From: Nemertoderma westbladi
Lineage: Eukaryota > Animalia > Xenacoelomorpha
Reading direction: 5' to 3'
Assembly (NCBI GenBank): GCA_032718475.1
Contig: JAUCBJ010001616.1
Coordinates: 62,001 to 126,000 of the forward strand
DNA length: 64,000 bases
Shown: positions 1-14,016 of the stretch, piece after piece
Numbering within the stretch: position 1 is the first letter of the stretch
How the letters are laid out: each line of letters opens with the position of its first letter
Notes under the pieces: generated by a model
Databases searched by the model: none
What the model saw: the letters and a program-made list of their open reading frames with translations, nothing else
Told to the model about the DNA's origin: nothing
Translations under genes and position numbers: made by a program

Positions 1-1873
1 AGGTAAAGTCTCTGAATTATGACAAGTTGGTAGATAAATTTGACTACAAATTTTGTATGAAGAGTTGCGTTAGTACTATAAGGGGTGCGCAACCACAATT
101 TTCCAGGGGGGTGTACATACTGCGATGCCACTGACCGAGACCCACTTGTTCATTTTCCTAGGAGGCCATGTATCGTTTTTTTTAGTCACTTAGGCAGATT
201 AGATAATAGTCCTCTATTATCGCTTACTACTTACTATACCTCTGGTATGTATGTACCATGGCGCGAAAAATAAATTTTTATCTTATGAAAACCCCAAATG
301 ATGTTATACTTGTCATTAAGTCTACTTCAAAAAATGATGAATAATAGAGTTTGGACTTAAGAGGGAATTCTCTCGCTCCTATCACTGTAGTTATCTTAAT
401 AAACAGATTGGTTAGGGCAGGTTGATCTCAGGTGACTAATGAAATTAATAACAGCAGTTATTACAAGCTTTCCCCCAATAGGATTTAATTCAAGCCTATT
501 TTACCACTCTACAAAAATAGGCACCCCAGCGAATTAGATGTAGTGAAAACTACATTACAGTAGTGACTAGGATTCTGTCTACCTTCTAACTTCATTACCT
601 CACTGACAGTCGAAATACCGTAGTATATCATACAACTCAAAACCACATCGCTGTCACCGTGGGTATCTGTAATCGGAGATATTTCGACATCATTTTCTAT
701 CCTCAAGATTCTAGACTGATTCTAATAAATAAAATCTATTATAATGAATAATTCACTTGCAAAAAACGCAGAGTAAATTATTCATTACCCCATCAAATAC
801 CGCCAATCATTAAAGTCAATATAACTAGGTTTTAACAACATATGGCGATAAAAATATGTCAGCCTTGTTAATATATAACTTAAATTAGTTAACATTCTGT
901 CATCACAATTATAAAGCAGTAATTATCATAATATAGAATTAATGAACAATTTTATAAAATAATTTTACACCCGAAATAAATAACAACCATATCATCATAT
1001 ATTAGTTAATATATTTTGTTGACTCCGTTCACCGTTGTAATGACTTACTGAGTAAACTGTTGGTTGTGCAGTACATAGCAATAGTGGGGCCTTCGTGCAG
1101 CAAAAGCTGCAAGCCATCTTAGAGAACAATTATAGTTATACTATGGCTAGTTATATCTTTATTATAGGAAGGGATCTAGGGGTCTTATAGTTATATCTTG
1201 GCTTCCGACATACACACACATAGATGCACCCACCCTCCCTCACCCCACACCGCGACACACACAACAAACTTTCAGTAATATAGTAGTAGTAAAAGTAGTA
1301 AAATTATAACAGTTTGCTGATGGCTCGCAGTTTTGACTCGCCCCACAAGCGTGTGTCCCCCTTATGTCATACGTCATGATTAGAGGCAATACTGAGTTAG
1401 TATAGATACTGTTTATTGGTATTAAACCAGCCCTCTAATTAAAACCATATAACTTGGTATTGTACAATAGATCATGATAAATATCATCACGCTTTATGAG
1501 GTAATAACTATATTTTCATATGAAAGAATGTATCTTTAAATTCTCAGTGATCTTCGGTATAATTATTATTTTTTTAAATTGTAAAGCTATCCATAACCAC
1601 ACAATAATGATTTTCTCTAAATACATCTCTCGATACTAAACAGTTTTCACTTTGAATAATATCATTTGTAGAAGTTAAACATGACTATTATTATGATAAA
1701 CCATATTCTAATCAACCACATCCCTATTCGATCACTCTATCCACCATTCTCACTCATAGATCCACTTAATAGCTCCCGAACTGGTTCATCAACTGGACCT
1801 TATTGTTCAAACTTTCAATCTGAAATATATTACATGTAGCTAAGAGAAAAATTGTTGCCAACATAGGACTCAC

Positions 1874-2470
1874 AGGAAAAGCCACCACCAGTTTAGACTA
1901 AATGTCAACTAAATACCAACATACTATACCAACAAACTATCGTGGGATCAGTCTCTTTGTGGTGACTGCAAAATATACAATAAAATGATTCTATATAGGA
2001 TTAGGCCTCACATAGAGAAACTACTGCGTAAGAGACAAAACGGATTTCGACCAAGTAGATCAACAATAGCTCAGATACTTGCACTACGGAGACTGATTGA
2101 AGGAATTAAGTCAAAGAATCTCCCCGCAGTCATGAATTTTGTGGACTTCAAGAAGGCATTCGACTCCATCCATAGGGGTAAAATGCTTGAATTCCTAAGA
2201 GCTTATGGAATACCAGAAGTAATTGTCGCTGGCATTGGATTATTATACTGTGACACAGAAGCTCAGGTACTCTCACCAGATGGTGTAACTGAATTCTTCT
2301 CAATCGTGGCTGTCATACTGCAAATGTGACACATTGGCGCCATTACTGTTTGCAATTGTATTTGATTTCGCAATAAGGACGGCCACTTTTCTGACAACCA
2401 ACATAGGAAAGCGTAGCCGTGGACAACCGGCTATAATATATTTAGATTAACTTGAAAGAGGTACTAGGAT
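1874..2470 (+). mobile_element. RTE-clade LINE fragment (RT, internally deleted)
   Basis: ORF 1985-2329 has RT motifs QNGFRPSRST..LRRLIE..FVDFKKAFDSI and is near-identical to 30140-30500. It then jumps to the 3' part of the element. Confidence 0.9.
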
Positions 2471-2657
2471 AGGAAAGGAAAGGGATGCTCCATGTGAGCA
2501 ATTTGTTACCAAATGTGGTTGCTGGTGGATAAATTAAAGTAACAAGTAATATCTATTTATAATGTTAAAAGATAACTTTCATTGTTAAAATTACAATTCA
2601 CTGATATAAAATTATATGGTTTAATCGATATGGCGTATTTAAATGACTTAATCTGTT

Positions 2658-2979
2658 ATGTCTAAACCATTATCCTATCAAACATATGTGATGAAAACCG
2701 AAGGGAGTAAATATACAGAGAGAAACAAACCACGAAGGATATGCAAAAAATGGAAGAAAATCCTTCCAATATGCGCGACGATTTTAAAAAAACTATTTGT
2801 TGTTTTATGTATTTCGACCTACATCATCTTTGCCGGTTGTATTATTCATATAATTGAGCGGAAATATACGACTCCTGCACTGGAAATTATTAACCGTTCC
2901 ACGGACGAGATAAAACACACTCTAGAGAAGTTCACTGAAGAAAGACACTGTAAATTAATCAATGTCACCTTATTAGAAG
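2658..2979 (+). CDS. K2P potassium channel paralog A, exon 1 (N-terminus, TM1, cap helix)
   Basis: ATG at 2658; TM1 LFVVLCISTYIIFAGCIIHIIE; cap Cys (RHCKL); donor AAG|gtaggt at 2980, phase 1. Homologous to 35913-36216. Confidence 0.85.
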
Positions 2980-3084
2980 GTAGGTTAAACCAACGCAACC
3001 GTTTATAATTTACTCATCTCTCCTATCCTATGATAATACATTCTGTGGTGAAGTTCAACAGAGAGCTCATCCTTTTACATAGGG

Positions 3085-3175
3085 ATAGGGTGCGGTATTA
3101 GATAGTTAGCGGTATTAGATAGAGTGCCGTATTAGATAGAGTGCGGAATTAGATAGTTAGCGGTTTTAGATAGAG
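3085..3175. repeat. 17-bp satellite, short left block
   Basis: Units of TAGATAGAGTGCGGTAT, the same as the 4376-6065 array. Confidence 0.9.
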
Positions 3176-4370
3176 GAATATCTCCAATGGGAATATCTGG
3201 GAGTACAGACTCAGACACTTTGACTTCTATAAAGTTATCAGGCAATACCCTGTCATTATTGAGGAGCTTTTCAAAGTGGCCCTTCCAACCATTGAGGCGA
3301 TCGGCTGGTGATTCAGCCTTAACTTTGGTGGTTGGTTGGCTATTCCGCAAGGTAAGCAAGTTGATCGATTTCCATGCCTAGGATGATTGCCTGCTGTCGT
3401 CAGAATCATTGATGGCATCAACCTGTTGGTTTATTAGCTCCTGTAGATTAACAGTGTATTGCCTGTTCAGGGACCTAGATGCAGCCTTAACTGCAATCCT
3501 GGCCGCTGTAGTCTGTTTGAGTCGGGACTCTTTCTACGCCTTATCATATTACGCCTTATTCATTTCGGCACTTCTGAATTTTTTTGTCAGTCCAGGGGGG
3601 GGGGCCCTGTTCCTGTTTCGAGTGTATACATGAACTGTTTCTGTAGTTGCTAACTTAACTGCTTCTGTGAAGGCAGTATAGCCCTCGCAGTGATCTGCCG
3701 TTTCAGAGGCAAGAACCTCATACCTGTTGTTCAGCTGTATCTCAAGCTGGATCTCACACTTGGCTGTTGTAACAGAGAGGACCAGTCATGCCGCGGCAAG
3801 GCAGATTTCGTTGTTCGGCTAGCACGCAGACTAAGTCTTACCTTGGCCACAATAAGGCGGTGATCACTGGAGAAGGGTCGAAGTGTAAATGCATTACAGT
3901 CTTGTATAGTAGTATAGTATAGTATATAGTCTAGTATAGTATATATATGGTCTATCTGGGACTTGTGACCACTGGGTCCACTATGAGTCCATAGCTTTCC
4001 AGTTCGCTTCTTGAACTGGGTTCCAGCCGAAAACAATCCATTTCCAGAGATAAAATCCTGAAGATGGACGGAATTTCGGTTAACACTATTGCTATAGACC
4101 CAGGGCGATGTAGGTGATTGATGCAGACTTGCATTAAAGTCTCCCAGGAATGTTAAGAATGCATGCTGATCCACTCCATCAGTAGCTGCTTGTAGATTGT
4201 AGTATAAATTTTCCACCTCCTCTACAGGGGCAACACTAGTTGGAGAGTAGCACACAATCAGAACCACCTTAGGAAACTTCTTAGCCAGTCTTCCAGAACA
4301 TGAGAAGTGGCAACGGATGATGCGGTTAGAGATTGGGTCTATTTTGTCCAATGCTGCATTTGCAGTATAG
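3176..4370 (-). mobile_element. Internal RTE LINE fragment (APE endonuclease and linker) embedded in the satellite
   Basis: ORF 3731-4351 has CYSPT, LGDFNA, KSQIDH and SDHR endonuclease motifs; KVKAESPADRL matches the family at 20478-22899. Confidence 0.9.
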
Positions 4371-4375
4371 ATTAT

Positions 4376-6065
4376 CTATTAGATAGTTAGCGGTAATAGA
4401 TAGAGTGTGGTATTAGATAAGAGTGCGGTATTAGATATAGTGCAGTATTAGATAGAGCGTGGTGTTAGATAGAGTGCGGTATTAGATAAATTGCGGTGTT
4501 AGATAGAGTGCAGTATTAGACAGAGTGCGGTATTAGATAGTGCGGTATTAGATAGAGTGCGGTATTATATAAAGTGCGGTATTAGATAGAGTGCGGTAAT
4601 AGATATAGTGCAGTATTAGATAGAGTGTGGTGTTAGATAGAGTGCGGTATTAGATAAATTGCGGTGTTAGATAGAGTGCAGTATTAGACAGAGTGCGGTA
4701 TTAGATAGTGCGGTATTAGATAGAGTGCGGTATTAGATAAAGTGCGGTATTAGATAGAGTGCGGTAATAGATATAGTGCAGTATTAGATAGAGTGTGGTG
4801 TTAGATAGAGTGCGGTATTAGATAAATTGCGGTGTTAGATAGAGTGCAGTATTAGACAGAGTGCGGTATTAGATAGTGCGGTATTAGATAGAGTGCGGTA
4901 ATAGATAGAGTGTGGTATTAGATAAGAGTGCGGTATTAGATATAGTGCAGTATTAGATAGAGCGTGGTGTTAGATAGAGTGCGGTATTAGATAAATTGCG
5001 GTGTTAGATAGAGTGCAGTATTAGACAGAGTGCGGTATTAGATAGTGCGGTATTAGATAGAGTGCGGTATTAGATAAAGTGCGGTATTAGATAGAGTGCG
5101 GTAATAGATATAGTGCAGTATTAGATAGAGTGTGGTGTTAGACAGAGTGCGGTATTAAATAGTGCGGTATTAGATAGAGTGCAGTATTAGATAAAGTGCG
5201 GTATTAGATAGAGTGCGGTAATAGATATAGTGCAGTATTAGATAGAGCGTGGTGTTAGATAGAGTGCGGTATTAGATAAATTGCGGTGTTAGATAGAGTG
5301 CAGTATTAGACAGAGTGCGGTATTAGATAGTGCGGTATTAGATAGAGTGCGGTATTAGATAAAGTGCGGAATTAGATAGAGTGCGGTAATAGATATAGTG
5401 CAGTATTAGATAGAGTGTGGTGTTAGATAGAGTGCGGTATTAGATAAATTGCGGTGTTAGATAGAGTGCAGTATTAGACAGAGTGCGGTATTAGATAGTG
5501 CGGTATTATATAGAGGGCGGTATTAGATAGAGTGTGGTATTAGATAGAGTGCGGTATTAGATATAGTGCAGTATTAGATAGTGTGCGGTATTAGATGGAG
5601 TTAGGTATTAGATATAGTGCGGTAGTAGATATAGTGTGGTATTAGATAGAGTGTGGTATTAGATATAGTGCGGTATTAGATAGAGTGTGGTATTAGATGT
5701 AGTGCAGTATTAGATAGAGTGCGGTATTAGATAGAGTGCGGTATTAGATAAAGTGTGGTATTAGATATAGTGCGGTATTAGATAGAGTGTGGTATTAGAT
5801 ATAGTGCAGTATTAGATAGAGTGCGGTATTAGATAGTGTACGGTAATAGATAGAGTGCGGTATTAAATAGATTGTGGTGTTAGATAGAGTGCGGTATTAG
5901 ATAGAGTGTGGTATTAGATATAGTGCAGTATTAGATAGTGTGGTATTAGATATAGTGCGGTATTAGATAGAGTGCGGTATTAGATAGAGTGTGGTATTAG
6001 ATAGAGTGCGGTATTAGATAAAGTGCGGTATTAGATAGAGTGTGGTATTAGATAGAGTTAGGTAT
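4376..6065. repeat. 17-bp satellite (TAGATAGAGTGCGGTAT)n with 168-bp higher-order repeat
   Basis: About 100 monomers; the variant ATAAATTGCGG recurs at 4486, 4654, 4822, 4991, 5276 and 5444. Confidence 0.95.
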
Positions 6066-6821
6066 TAGTAACATTTTCACAATTTTCAAAATTCACATGT
6101 GGGCAGGCAATGACGACATGTGTAGTTTGACGTTTGTGTAGAGCTGTAGAAGCAAGACGGTTTAGACTGTCATCGTCGTCATGAACCGTGCTATTATTGT
6201 ATACTGATTGTGCTATTGATGATGATTGTGGATGCGGCGATGAGTAGTACCGAAACGCAAAACACACCGGTCGGGATTCCCTCGCCAACTCGGGGATCCC
6301 GTCACAGTCTAAACCCTGCTTAAAACAGTCTAAACCGCGACTTCAAGTCTAAACCTCTTAGTCAAGACCTACTTGAAGAAAACAAACTGTGACGAAAACA
6401 TGCCAACATGGGTACGATGAGCAAACAACCGCCCCAAGGTCCAGAGGGAGAAGGAAGCCCGCCGCGCACCCTGAGTGATACTGTAGAGACCAAATGATTT
6501 GGGAGGCAGTGACAAGGCGGTACTGGCCCGCCACACTGGATTCACCGATGAGAGACGATTCGGTGGTAGAGGAGGAAGGTGGATGGGTATGAGGGGACGA
6601 GAGACACGAGTCGGCACGAGACCAGAGCGGCGAACGAAGTACCGGAGTCGCTGGCCAACCAGTGGCCGAAGGCGGCGAGTGGCCAACCGGAACGGCAATG
6701 GTGGGGCCGACGGTATCACGCACGATACCAACCGGAAACTCGGAGCAATAGGCCTACTGCTTGTACAATGCATGCCAATTTCAACACCGCCAGGCACTGG
6801 GTGATTGCAGAGTGAGATTAA

Positions 6822-9335
6822 GGGCAGCACACCACTAAAATATATAAAAAAAATGAAAATTGAGTTTTTGATTGTTTTTTGGTGATTCACATATGGTCTT
6901 CGCTGTGGTAAAATTTTGAGTCCATATCAATACAGGAAGATTGTAAAAATTGCCTAGCTTTTGTGTATGTCCGATGGATTTTTGAGACTTTGAGTTACTT
7001 TTTAGCGAACAATACATCTGCCAAATACAGTATCTATAGATGCTGTTATTATGAGTTTCAAATCATCATTTTCTTCAATTTATGTAGTGGAGGGAATTTC
7101 AAACTTCTACTTCTGCAGTTATTTTTAGTAAAATTTTCAGTCTGATGTGTGGCATTGTTACTGTCTTGTTTCAATCGCTTGGCTACTTGACATCTTTCTT
7201 TGAAGACTCTGAAGATCTTATACAACATTATATTATATGTATGTGTCTGTCATCAATCAATGTTATATTCTGCTTACAAACAGGGCCTAAAGCCCTGAAA
7301 CACTTTTTGAGGGTTTGAGGTACTCTCCTACAGTCTGACAGTAGGCCTATCTGAAAAACACATACATCTTCATACATTTGTACCTTGTAGCAGAAGTTCT
7401 GATTTTGTAAATTATAGGCCTATATTAGTATAATATGGGTGTAGGAGTAGTTACCCAAAGATACCCATAACTGCCATAAACAAAACAGAAAATATTTACA
7501 AGTAGGCCTATAGGCTTTTAGATAACTATAATATATGACTACTATCTGACTATTTTCTGTGATATAATTTATTGATTGTTTTTTACTACATGGTACCTAC
7601 AGAGCTTGGTCCTTACCTGCTTGAAGTTACCCTGATGTTCAAGCTTTATAGAGAAACGGCGTTTCAGAGGAAACCGTTACAAGCCAGCAGTCGGTATCAG
7701 TAGTAGTGCTCAGTGCAGCAGTTCTGCCACTGAAAGCAATGCAGAAGTTGTCCCTATTGAAACAACTGGTACTATTTAACGACAAGCAGCTTCTAGTAGA
7801 AAGATAGCTACTGTTCCTGGAACTCTGGGATTTCCTGACTACAGTTCATCTAGGGATGGGTTTGAACTTATGGACATAGAATTATTGAATATTGCTCTTT
7901 CTGAAATTGTTTGCTATCAACATTGCCATGGTTCAAATATCATAATTGAAAAACAAATACAGTGTGGACTGGCTTCAAACTTCCAATTGAAATGCCATTC
8001 TTGTTTCAATTACGTACCATTTGACTCATCACCTCCAGCAAAAGTATCCACAAACAAGAAGGGCCAGGCACACTATGAGAACAATCTTCGTTTTGCATAT
8101 GGAATGAGGTCTATTGGAATTGGTGAAGAAGGAGCTAAAACATTTGCTGCAATAATGGGTATACAATCTCCCATTCAGCATTTTGATAGAACCTATGATG
8201 TAATTCTGCCAGCAGTCAAAGCAGTAGCTAAAGAAACTATGAAGGATGCTTGTTTGGAAGCTGTTTCAGAAAATGCCAATGATAATGCCACTGATATTGC
8301 TGTATGTGTTGATGGTAGTTGGCAACGTCGAGGACATAAGTCTCTCAATGGAGTTGTAACAATGACATCAATGGATACTGGTAAGGTCATAGAGATGTGC
8401 AATGTGTCTCTAAATTCTGCCATGGTTGCATCAAGATTCAGTCTCAGCCTCAAAGTGTGAAAGATGCATACAAGGAGATCTGCATCAAAAACTATGAAGG
8501 TACAAGCGGTGGAATGGAGGTTGTAGGTGCCAAGATGATGTTCAATCGCTCTGTTGATATTTATGGTGTTAGATATACAAAATATCTTGGTGATGGAGAT
8601 AGTAGTTCGTTTTCTACGGTAGCCAATAGTCAACCATATGGAAGTGATTGCCCAATATCCAAATTAGAATGCATAGGGCATGTACATAAAAGGATGGGAT
8701 GTAGACTGCGGCATCTAAAGACCTCTCTCAAGGGTAAGAAATTATCTGATAGTAAAACAATAGGAGGTAGAAACCGGCATACAGACAATACCATAAACTC
8801 TCTCCAACTGTACTATGGGATGGCAATTAGACAAAATACCCATGATCTTCAAGCAATGCATCGTGCAGTCCAAGCTATCCGTTTCCATAAGATGTCCACA
8901 AATGAGAATCCCCAACATGGATTATGTCCCAAAGAGGATAACACCTGGTGTGGATACAACAAATCCCTCATTACTGGAGAAGGTTATAATCATAAACATT
9001 CACTTCCAATAGCAATTATGGATGAGATTCGACCAATTTTCAGAGATCTATCAAACTTGAATCTTTAGAGTAAGTGCTTACATGGGCAAACTCAAAATTG
9101 TAATGAGAGTGTCAATAACTCAATCTGGGTTCTTTGCCCCAAGCGGGTATTTGTTGGATATAAAACTCTTGAGCTTGGGACATATGATGCTATATCATGC
9201 TTTAACTCTGGAAATATATCAAGATTCAAAGTTCTAGAGAAACTCGGAATAGATGCAGGACAATATTCTGTGAATGGATTGCAACAACTTGATGATCTCC
9301 ATATCAAGCGTGCCAATCGAGATTGTCGAGAAAGT
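6822..9335 (+). mobile_element. DNA transposon with frameshifted DDE transposase (Mutator-like domain; TTAA|GG end suggests Kolobok type)
   Basis: ORFs 7870-8460 and 8397-9068 carry VDGSWQRRGHKSLNG, YLGDGDSS and KLECIGHVHKRMG motifs, followed by C-LHGQTQNCNES. TTAA at 6818-6821 precedes GGGCAGCAC. The 3' end is truncated. Confidence 0.8.
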
Positions 9336-10679
9336 ATTAATTATACTTGTACTGATTCGATTTATTTAAATAACATATTTTTTACATAAATTTTTAATCG
9401 CGCTAGACCCTTATATTTACATAGAATGTTTTAAATTTACCTGTCTGTACAATGTACATGATGTTACTAATGTTTTTAATCAAATGTATGATTAATTATT
9501 GCATAATTGTAATGTAATGTATTTTTGCACTGGACCGAGTTAACATTTATTTTAATGTAGTTTTGCACTTGAGACCTTTATTTTAAAATCATGTTACTAT
9601 TTCAATCAACGCGATTCATTTTAATGACATATAAACTGTATATACTGTATATGTATACTGTATATATATATATATATATATGTACTGATTCTATTTATTT
9701 AAATAACATATTTTTTACATAAATTTTTATTCACGCAAGACCCTTGTACATGTACATATAATGTTTCAATTTTACCTGTGTCTGTACATGATGTTAGTAA
9801 TGTATTTTAATCAACTCCATTTATTTTTAAGTATTTTTGCTCTAGACCGAGTTACCATTTATCTTAACATTTATTTTAATGTATTTTGCACCAGACCTTC
9901 ATTTAAAATACTCTTTTTTTCGTACTTTGTACATACAGTTAAAATAATCATTAGTACTTTATATAGTTCTTAATTTCCAAATATATTTTATTGCATATTG
10001 TTTTTATTTATAACATTTGTACTTAGGCAATTATGTCATGTGTCCCGCAATGTAGTGTAATAACTATATAGATAAAACTATTACGACACTAATAAATAAT
10101 ACCAATACCAACACCGAATACAGTATGTTATTTCAGTATTGTCTGATTGCAGGATTCCAGATTCCTGGATTCAGGGATTGAGTATAGTACCGGTACAGGC
10201 AGACAGGCCACAATGGTATTACTGTAATTTCGTAATTTGCCAGAAACCCAGCTGATTTAGTCTCCTAGCAACCCACAGATGTCAAGCGTTATAATTTTGG
10301 ATAATTAAATTTATTATAACTTTAAACAGTTACACTGGTGCTACACGAAGGTCCCAAGCAAATTCAACTTGGAAAATTTCTAAATTTTTGACAGACTATT
10401 TGTCAACCAAGTTTGGTTACATTTCATCGAGGATTGATCGAGTTATTAACGTTCAAAATTGAACATCGCAAAAAAAGCGACAGAACGACAGATCAACAGA
10501 ACGACAGGTTGATTAATGGTACCCCTACGCTAAGGCTCACTCACTTCTTGGTTCGCCCCACAGAACGACAGGTTGATTAATGGTACCCCTACGCTAAGGC
10601 TCACTCACATCATGGCTCGCCCCACAACAGACACACCTTGTATGCTAAGCTCGTTTACTTTCAATGCTCGCCCCACAAT

Positions 10680-10890
10680 TTTTAATAGTAATGGTGCTAA
10701 TGTGTCACCTTGCAGTATGCCAATCTTGTTTTCACCATCTAGAGAGAGCACCTGAACATGTGTCACAATATAATAATCCAATGCAACAATTACTTCTGAC
10801 ATTCCATAAGCTCTTAGGATTTCCATCATTTTCCCTCTGTTGGTGGAATATATGCTTTTTTGAAGTACACAAATGTAACAGAGTACATGC
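10680..10890 (-). mobile_element. Degraded RTE RT fragment
   Basis: GKMMEILRAYG..GILQGDTLAPLL motifs. Confidence 0.8.
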
Positions 10891-11174
10891 ATTCATTGTG
10901 GCAATCTTTTGTGTCTTTTTAGGTTTCAACAGGTTGATTATTATTTCTCTCTAATTTCTGTTGCAGTAGCCGATTTATCGAACCCAGACTCGTGCACCAC
11001 TGAGGGCCATTTGAAGGCCTAGTTGAAGACCGTGGAATGGCCATGATAATTATTGGAGGGATATTTTGGTTGTGGGAGTAAACTGCTTGTGCTCGCAATC
11101 CCTACAAGCATCTTCACAGTAGGCTGCTAATATTGGTTGATTAGCCACAGTGGAAAGTGTACTTTTATAAGGGG

Positions 11175-14010
11175 TATAAAAGTACACTTTCCACTGTGGC
11201 TCGATAGAAATTAGTTTTCAGATGCCTGGAGAGATCTGTTTTCCAGATGGTATCCATTTTTGATAGAGCTACCCATGCCTTTGCTTTCCTAACTTCTATG
11301 TCTTTTTTGGTACTCTCTATCCATGACCCAAGATACTTACTGGAAGTCGTAAACCTTCCTCAGTTGATTATTATCAATTGTTATCAAGTTTCCATTATCA
11401 TTAAAAGTCATTTTGTCTTGGTAGATTTATATGCAATCCAACCTCCTTAGCAGCCCTCTCAACTTTATTCAGTAGAAGCTGTGCTTCTGCTAGCGTATTA
11501 GAGCGCAGGGCGATGTCATCTGCAAAGTCGGTGTCTGTGACTGTAGTTGCCAGATATCTACTACTTCTACGTTCTTGTAGTGTGAATCTCAGATCTTCAC
11601 CCTTTGTGGCTGTCCACATTATGTAATCCAGTACAATTTCAAATAGTAATGGCACCAATGTGTCACCTTGCAGTACGCCAGCCAGGATTGTGAAGAACTC
11701 AGTTTCACCATCTGGTGAGAGTACCTGAGCTTCTGTGTCACAATATAATAATCAGCCACAATTACCTCTGGTATTCCATAAGCTCTTAGGATTTCCAGCA
11801 TTTTGCCTCTATGGATCGAATACTGTCTTGAAGTCCACAAAAGTCAGGACAGCAGGGAGATTCTTTGACTTAATTCCCTCAATCAGTCTCCATAGCGCAA
11901 GTATCTGAGCTATTGTTGATCTATTTGGTCGAAATTCGTTTTAGCTCTTAAGCAGCAGTTTCTCTATGTGAGGTTTAATTATATATAGAATCATTTTGTT
12001 GTATAGCTTGGCAGCCACCACAAGCCAACAGATCCCACAATAGTTTGTTGGTATACAAGGGTCTCCTCTCTTGGGGAGAGGCTTTAGTTGACCTTAGGTC
12101 CAACTTGGTGATGGCTTTCCCCTTTTAATATCCGATTGCAAACATTCAAAAATGGTATGTTTAGCTCTCCTGTTTTCCATACCTCTATAGGGATTTCATC
12201 TTATCCACTCGGTTTATGATTGGACATGCTTTTAATGCTTTTTGGAGTTCGGCGTGTGTGAAGTCCCATGTTTCTATAAGTTGCGTCTTATCATATATTA
12301 TCCTTGTAGGGCTGACCTCTATGTTTGATGGCTGCCCAGCACTTTGCTGAAGTGAGCGTTCCATTTCCCAACATCTTCTTCAGGACTATCATCTTAGAGG
12401 CACCTCCCTTAGCACAACCTTTTTAAGTATTGATTGTTGCTGTATTGGAGCAGTTGTAATTTCTTCCAGTCTTGTCCTGTATGTACTTCTGTTGTTGTAG
12501 TAGTTGATGTTGTAGGCCAATTTAAGATCTTCCTTAGCTTTCTCAACCTTGTTGATATTTTCGGTTGTTGTTTGTACGATATTTTCTTTGAAGGCTATGT
12601 TAAGATCTTCTCTCTTACAAGTAACAACAGGCATATAATGTTTTCGTTTGAGTTTTTGGGGAAAATGCCTCTTGGCTGATTGCTTGTGGGCTTTTATTAT
12701 ATTATGATATATTGAATCAGTAGACTGGTCTTCATTCATTGACTGAAGTACTTCAAAGCAGTTTTGAACTTCTACTGTATAAGCATCCTTTACTGCATTG
12801 TTTCACATTTTCACAGTTTCTCCCAGTCATAGTTGATTCGCTTGCTTGTCCTGGGTTTGCTGGCTCTCAAACTGAGTCTGATCTCTGCAGCCATAATTAT
12901 GTGGTCTGAACCAATTAGGTTGAACGAGCTGTATGCCTCGCAGTTAATCATGCTGTTTCTTCACCTTTTATTTATAAGTATGTAATCCAGCTGTGCTTTT
13001 GATCCATTAGGGTATTGAAAGGTCCATAGCTTCCACTCTTTTAGCTTCATAGCTCTCATAGCTTCCATTCTTTTCGAATGTGGTGTTTGTTAGAATCAAT
13101 TCACATTCTTCCATTAGGTCTAAGAGTAAGCACCAATTTCTGTTCGAACTGGTGTTATAGGTGTCCCTTGATGTCTTCTGGACCAATTTGAGAATTCAGG
13201 ACAACATCAATGACTTTGGCATTGTGTTTCGGAATGTCCTTTATAAGTCCAGTCAGATCTTCATAAAACTTGTCTGCTTGTTCTCGCTCTGATGCATTGG
13301 TTGGACTGTAGCAACATTTTACTGTTGTCTTGGGATTCCCATCAAATGTTGCAATCATGACCCTGCAATTTATAGATTCGGTGTTGTTTATGGTCTGAAG
13401 TGCAAATGGGCTTAGCATAATTCATACTCCACCAATTGATGCATTGGCCAAATTTTTTTTTTCTGAGCTTGTTACCAATGTCCATCCTTTTCCAAAGTCA
13501 TTGTACTTCATGGCAGTGTCTTCATGACAAATCCGATATTCTCGGATACAGATGATGTTGATGTTATATTACATTGCCAGAGCTACCATGTCACCCTGTT
13601 TGCTATATGCTTTCAGTGTGCATGCGTTCAGTGTGGCATTCTTTAGTGTCTTTAGTATCTCTCGTTGGTTCTTCTGTCTTCTGTTCTAGTAGCAGATTTT
13701 TTGACCCCAGCTTGGTGTACCATTGAGGGACGCGGTCCTTGTTGACCCAGGCGACGACTGAGCCAGTATTTCTCCTGGGGGGTTCTCCTATAAGCATCTT
13801 CAAAGTAGGTCACTGTTGGTTGCTGCCGACCTTGTCTGCATGGCTAGTCGTTAGTTGATTACCTTCCACCTGCCCATGGCCTACAGCCCTGCTACCGACT
13901 GTAGGGGTTCTTTTGTTACACCTTGAACCAAGTGTGCCTCCTGGGTTTGGTATAGACAGAGGGGCATTGCAGATGTATGCTCAAGCCTTTGCCTTCAATG
14001 GTGCCCTAGG
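11175..14010 (-). mobile_element. Degenerate RTE LINE (5'UTR, endonuclease, RT; 3' truncated)
   Basis: Fragmented ORFs with CCYSPTN, DTDFADDIAL and GKMLEILRAYG; same family as 28672-31325. Confidence 0.9.
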
Positions 14011-14016
14011 CACTGA

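Noticed and set aside
4376-6065. CRISPR-like array
   Set aside because: No unique spacers and no cas genes; this is a satellite in eukaryotic DNA.
6358-6817. Overlapping GC-rich ORFs as a gene
   Set aside because: No recognisable domain; probably the UTR or leader of an unidentified TE, cut by the transposon at 6822.
9345-9910. ~335-bp AT-rich tandem duplication
   Set aside because: Ordinary local duplication with no coding or structural signal.
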